Shown here: positions 29,203-32,000 of the stretch, in pieces
Layout of the letters: every line of letters starts with the position of its first letter
Position numbering within the stretch: position 1 is the stretch's first letter
Assembly (NCBI GenBank): GCA_964565945.1
Contig: CAZMGY010000034.1
Span: 1 to 32,000, forward strand
DNA length: 32,000 nucleotides
Origin: an uncultured bacterium
GTDB taxonomy: Bacteria > GCA-001730085
Direction of reading: 5' to 3'
Notes under the pieces: model-generated
Database searches by the model: none
Seen by the model: only the letters and a program-made list of their open reading frames with translations
Told to the model about the DNA's origin: nothing
Translations under genes and position numbers: made by a program

Positions 29203-32000
29203 TTAAATACTAAAGTATTTGGTTTTGGGGTGATGAAAAACCAATGCTGAGACCGAAGCTTCTGGCTCCATCATGCAATCTTCTGTGAGTTCGACACCCA
29301 AGTACTTGTTGGGTTCGAGTAAGAGCCATAGAATGTTTTGGTCGTCTAAATTAGGACAGGCGGGGTAACCAAAGGAGACACGAATACCTTGGTACTTGGC
29401 TTGTAAAATGTTAGGAATACTCAGTTCGGGGCTATCGGGGATACCCCAGACTTGGCGAATGTTTCTGTGCAAGACTTCGGCCAAGGACTCGGCTGTTTCC
29501 ATGGCAAGTGCAAAGAACGTGTGCGATAAAACGTATTCTCCTGCGTCGAGATATTCTCTGGCAATAGCGCCGACATCACAGCCCGCTGTTGTTACAAAAG
29601 CGCAAATTGTATCTGTGCGGTCGGGATGGACAAAGTCTGATAAGCATAGATCTTCGCCACCTTGCTGGCGTGGAAAATCAAATCGTTCTCTTTCTTGTTC
29701 AGTGTTAGGATCAAGAACAAGGATGCTATTGCCTTCGGGTTTAACTTTAAAAAATTGATAAAGACCTTTTGGCTTGAAAAGATTTTCGTCGAGAATTTTT
29801 TGTTTGATTTGATCGACAGTTGCTTTTAACTTAAGGGCTTTGTCATCTCCTTTTTCGAGCAGGCGCTTGATTGAACCTTTAAGACCTAGATTTTTGCCAT
29901 AAAGCATGTTGTTATTCAGGTAAGGCCAGACTTCTTCGGGAGAGTAGGAGACCACGTGTCTTTTAAAATCAGGAGTTTTTGGTAGTTTGTGGCTGTGATC
30001 AAGAATGAATTTTTCTTTTTTGGACACCACGGTGGTTTTGGTTTTGATTTTGGTTTTGATTTGTTCGCAGCGGTTCAAAAACTGTGGTTTCCAAGTGGTG
30101 AAAAGTTCTGAATCAACGATATGATTGGAAATATCGAGACCATTCATGGCATCACGGCAGTAGATCACCAAACCTTCGTATTCGGGAGTAATTTTGGTGA
30201 TTGTGAAATTTTCGGAGAGAGCGGCACCTCCAACCAAAATGGGTGCATTGATGCCTGCCTCTTTCATATCTTTGGCGCTGATGACCATTTGGTGGGCTGA
30301 TTTAACCAAAAGACCGCTGAGACCGATGAGATCAGGATTATGTTTTTTGGCTGCCTCGATCAAAACCGCGGATGGACACTTAATGCCTAAATTTACAACT
30401 TTGTAGCCATTGTTGCCCAAAATAATCTCGACTAAGTTTTTGCCAATATCGTGGACATCCCCTTTAACGGTGGCTAAAAGGAGAGTTCCCTTAACATTAG
30501 TTTCCACTGCATCCATAAATTGTTCCAAATAATTGACGGAAGCCTTCATGGCTTCGGCTGATTGCAATACTTCGGCCACGATTAACTCGTTGTCGTTGAA
30601 CATTTTTCCAACAATGGCCATAGCGGCCATGAGAGGGCCGTTGATGATGGCAAGCGGATTAGGATATTTTTGGCATGCTTCTTCGAGGTTTTCGATGAGA
30701 TATTCTTTGGTGCCTTGCACAATATTGATTTCGAGCTTGTCTTCGATCGAGAGCTTGGAGCGATCGACTTTGGGCTTTTCGGACACGGCTTTATCCCGAT
30801 AATAGGCCACAAAATTACTGATAGGATCGTTGCCATCCGTTTGCTTGTACCATAGCAAGTCATCGCACAATTTTTTTTCTTCGTCGGATAGGGTGGCGTA
30901 GCGTAGCATTTTTTCAGAATTGACAATAGCGGTATCTAGACCAGCTTGGGTGCAGTGATAAACAAACACTGTGTTTAAAGCTTCTCGTCCTGCTGGAGGA
31001 AGACCAAAAGATACATTCGAAATACCAAGAGTGGTTTTGCATCGAGGAAAGCGTTTTTTGATCAGGCGAACGCCTTCAATGGTTTCTTTACCCGAGCCAA
31101 AGTAGTTTTTATCTCCAGTTCCACAAGGGAAGACGAGTGGATCAAAGATAATATTTTCTTCGTGCAAACCATATTTTTCTGTTAGTAATTTGTGTGATTC
31201 AATCGCCACATCGAGTTTGTTTTCGGCGGTGACGGCCATTTCGCCGCGAATGCAACCGACGACGACCGATGCGCCATATTTTTTAATCACAGGAACCAAT
31301 TCTTCGAAACTTTTTTCACCATCTTCTAAATTAATCGAATTAAGAATGCACTTGCCTTGGGTAAGCTTAAACGCTTCTTCGATCACTTCGGGAACTTGAG
31401 AGTCGATCATGAAAGGTATTTTGACCAGCTTGGTGGCAATGCTTAGAAAAGCGATGATATCGGACGTTTCGTCGCGGTCAGGATTGGACAGACAAACATC
31501 AATAATGTGAGCACCCGCTTTGACTTGTTTTCGAGCAATTTCGGCTGCGTCTTCGAATTTTTCTTCGATAATCATATTTTTGAAGAGGCGTGATCCAATC
31601 ACATTGGTTCGTTCGGCCACAATGTAGGGGCGCCCCTCATCTTCCAAAACCAAAGATTCGATACCTGATATGCGACTGGCATGCTCTTTTTGAGGTTCTC
31701 TCGGTTGTTTGTTGTGAGAAATATTAGCAAGAGCTGCAATATGTTCTGGTGTTGTTCCACAGCATCCTCCAAGCAAATTGATCCAGCCTTCTGCAATAAA
31801 TTGCTCAAGAACTTTAGCTAACATGTCGGGGTTTTCCAAATATTCGCCATTTTCGTTGGGGAGACCTGCATTTGGCACAACGGCGACGGGACAACAGGCA
31901 ATTTCGGACAATGTCCGAATATGGTCTTTCATAAAAGCTGGTCCTGTGGCGCAGTTAAGTCCGATGTAAAGGGGTGTCATATGTTCAACCGAAGCATAGA
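29203..32000 (-). CDS. metH: cobalamin-dependent methionine synthase MetH; 5' part (most of the homocysteine-binding domain) lies beyond the window edge
   Basis: GLNCATGP Zn-site block, pterin-binding domain, B12-binding GDVHDIGKN...SGL and a C-terminal AdoMet-activation domain. The frame stays open to nt 32000. Confidence 0.92.
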   Translation of the reverse strand, partial: YASVEHMTPLYIGLNCATGPAFMKDHIRTLSEIACCPVAVVPNAGLPNENGEYLENPDMLAKVLEQFIAEGWINLLGGCCGTTPEHIAALANISHNKQPREPQKEHASRISGIESLVLEDEGRPYIVAERTNVIGSRLFKNMIIEEKFEDAAEIARKQVKAGAHIIDVCLSNPDRDETSDIIAFLSIATKLVKIPFMIDSQVPEVIEEAFKLTQGKCILNSINLEDGEKSFEELVPVIKKYGASVVVGCIRGEMAVTAENKLDVAIESHKLLTEKYGLHEENIIFDPLVFPCGTGDKNYFGSGKETIEGVRLIKKRFPRCKTTLGISNVSFGLPPAGREALNTVFVYHCTQAGLDTAIVNSEKMLRYATLSDEEKKLCDDLLWYKQTDGNDPISNFVAYYRDKAVSEKPKVDRSKLSIEDKLEINIVQGTKEYLIENLEEACQKYPNPLAIINGPLMAAMAIVGKMFNDNELIVAEVLQSAEAMKASVNYLEQFMDAVETNVKGTLLLATVKGDVHDIGKNLVEIILGNNGYKVVNLGIKCPSAVLIEAAKKHNPDLIGLSGLLVKSAHQMVISAKDMKEAGINAPILVGGAALSENFTITKITPEYEGLVIYCRDAMNGLDISNHIVDSELFTTWKPQFLNRCEQIKTKIKTKTTVVSKKEKFILDHSHKLPKTPDFKRHVVSYSPEEVWPYLNNNMLYGKNLGLKGSIKRLLEKGDDKALKLKATVDQIKQKILDENLFKPKGLYQFFKVKPEGNSILVLDPNTEQERERFDFPRQQGGEDLCLSDFVHPDRTDTICAFVTTAGCDVGAIAREYLDAGEYVLSHTFFALAMETAESLAEVLHRNIRQVWGIPDSPELSIPNILQAKYQGIRVSFGYPACPNLDDQNILWLLLEPNKYLGVELTEDCMMEPEASVSALVFHHPKTKYFSI

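Overview
This window looks like ordinary core-genome DNA from a Gram-negative-type bacterium. GC is roughly 40% by eye, and coding strands strongly prefer TTG and T/G-ending codons. I found no convincing novel multi-gene system.

Gene order:
- Plus strand: the 3' end of a glycoside-hydrolase-like gene, a GH35 beta-galactosidase and a RumA/RlmD-type rRNA methyltransferase.
- Plus strand: a branched-chain amino-acid cluster, ilvB-ilvN-ilvC-leuC-leuD, with unusually wide spacers and no leuA or leuB.
- Plus strand: a complete phosphate module, consisting of an OmpR-family regulator, a PAS histidine kinase, a porin, pstSCAB and phoU.
- Minus strand: a YihY-family membrane protein and topoisomerase III.
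- Plus strand: a glutaredoxin-like/BolA/monothiol-Grx trio, xth and dcd.
- Minus strand: metH, thiC, bioB, a yfcH-like gene and an SRPBCC gene, in order of transcription. metH runs off the window edge.

I saw no rRNA, tRNA, CRISPR array, transposase, integrase, phage gene or recognisable defence gene. Every ORF over 150 aa that is not a codon-aligned antisense shadow has a conventional assignment.

The points worth a second look are small-scale and cis-acting:
- thiC has a 295-nt leader in which I cannot find the near-universal TPP riboswitch core.
- The ilvC-leuC spacer is GC-rich and packed with hairpins.
- T-rich repeats sit at roughly three-turn spacing upstream of a strong ilvB promoter.
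- A 21-bp in-frame repeat duplicates the pstB start inside the end of pstA.

All product calls come from motif recognition in the supplied translations. No searches were run.
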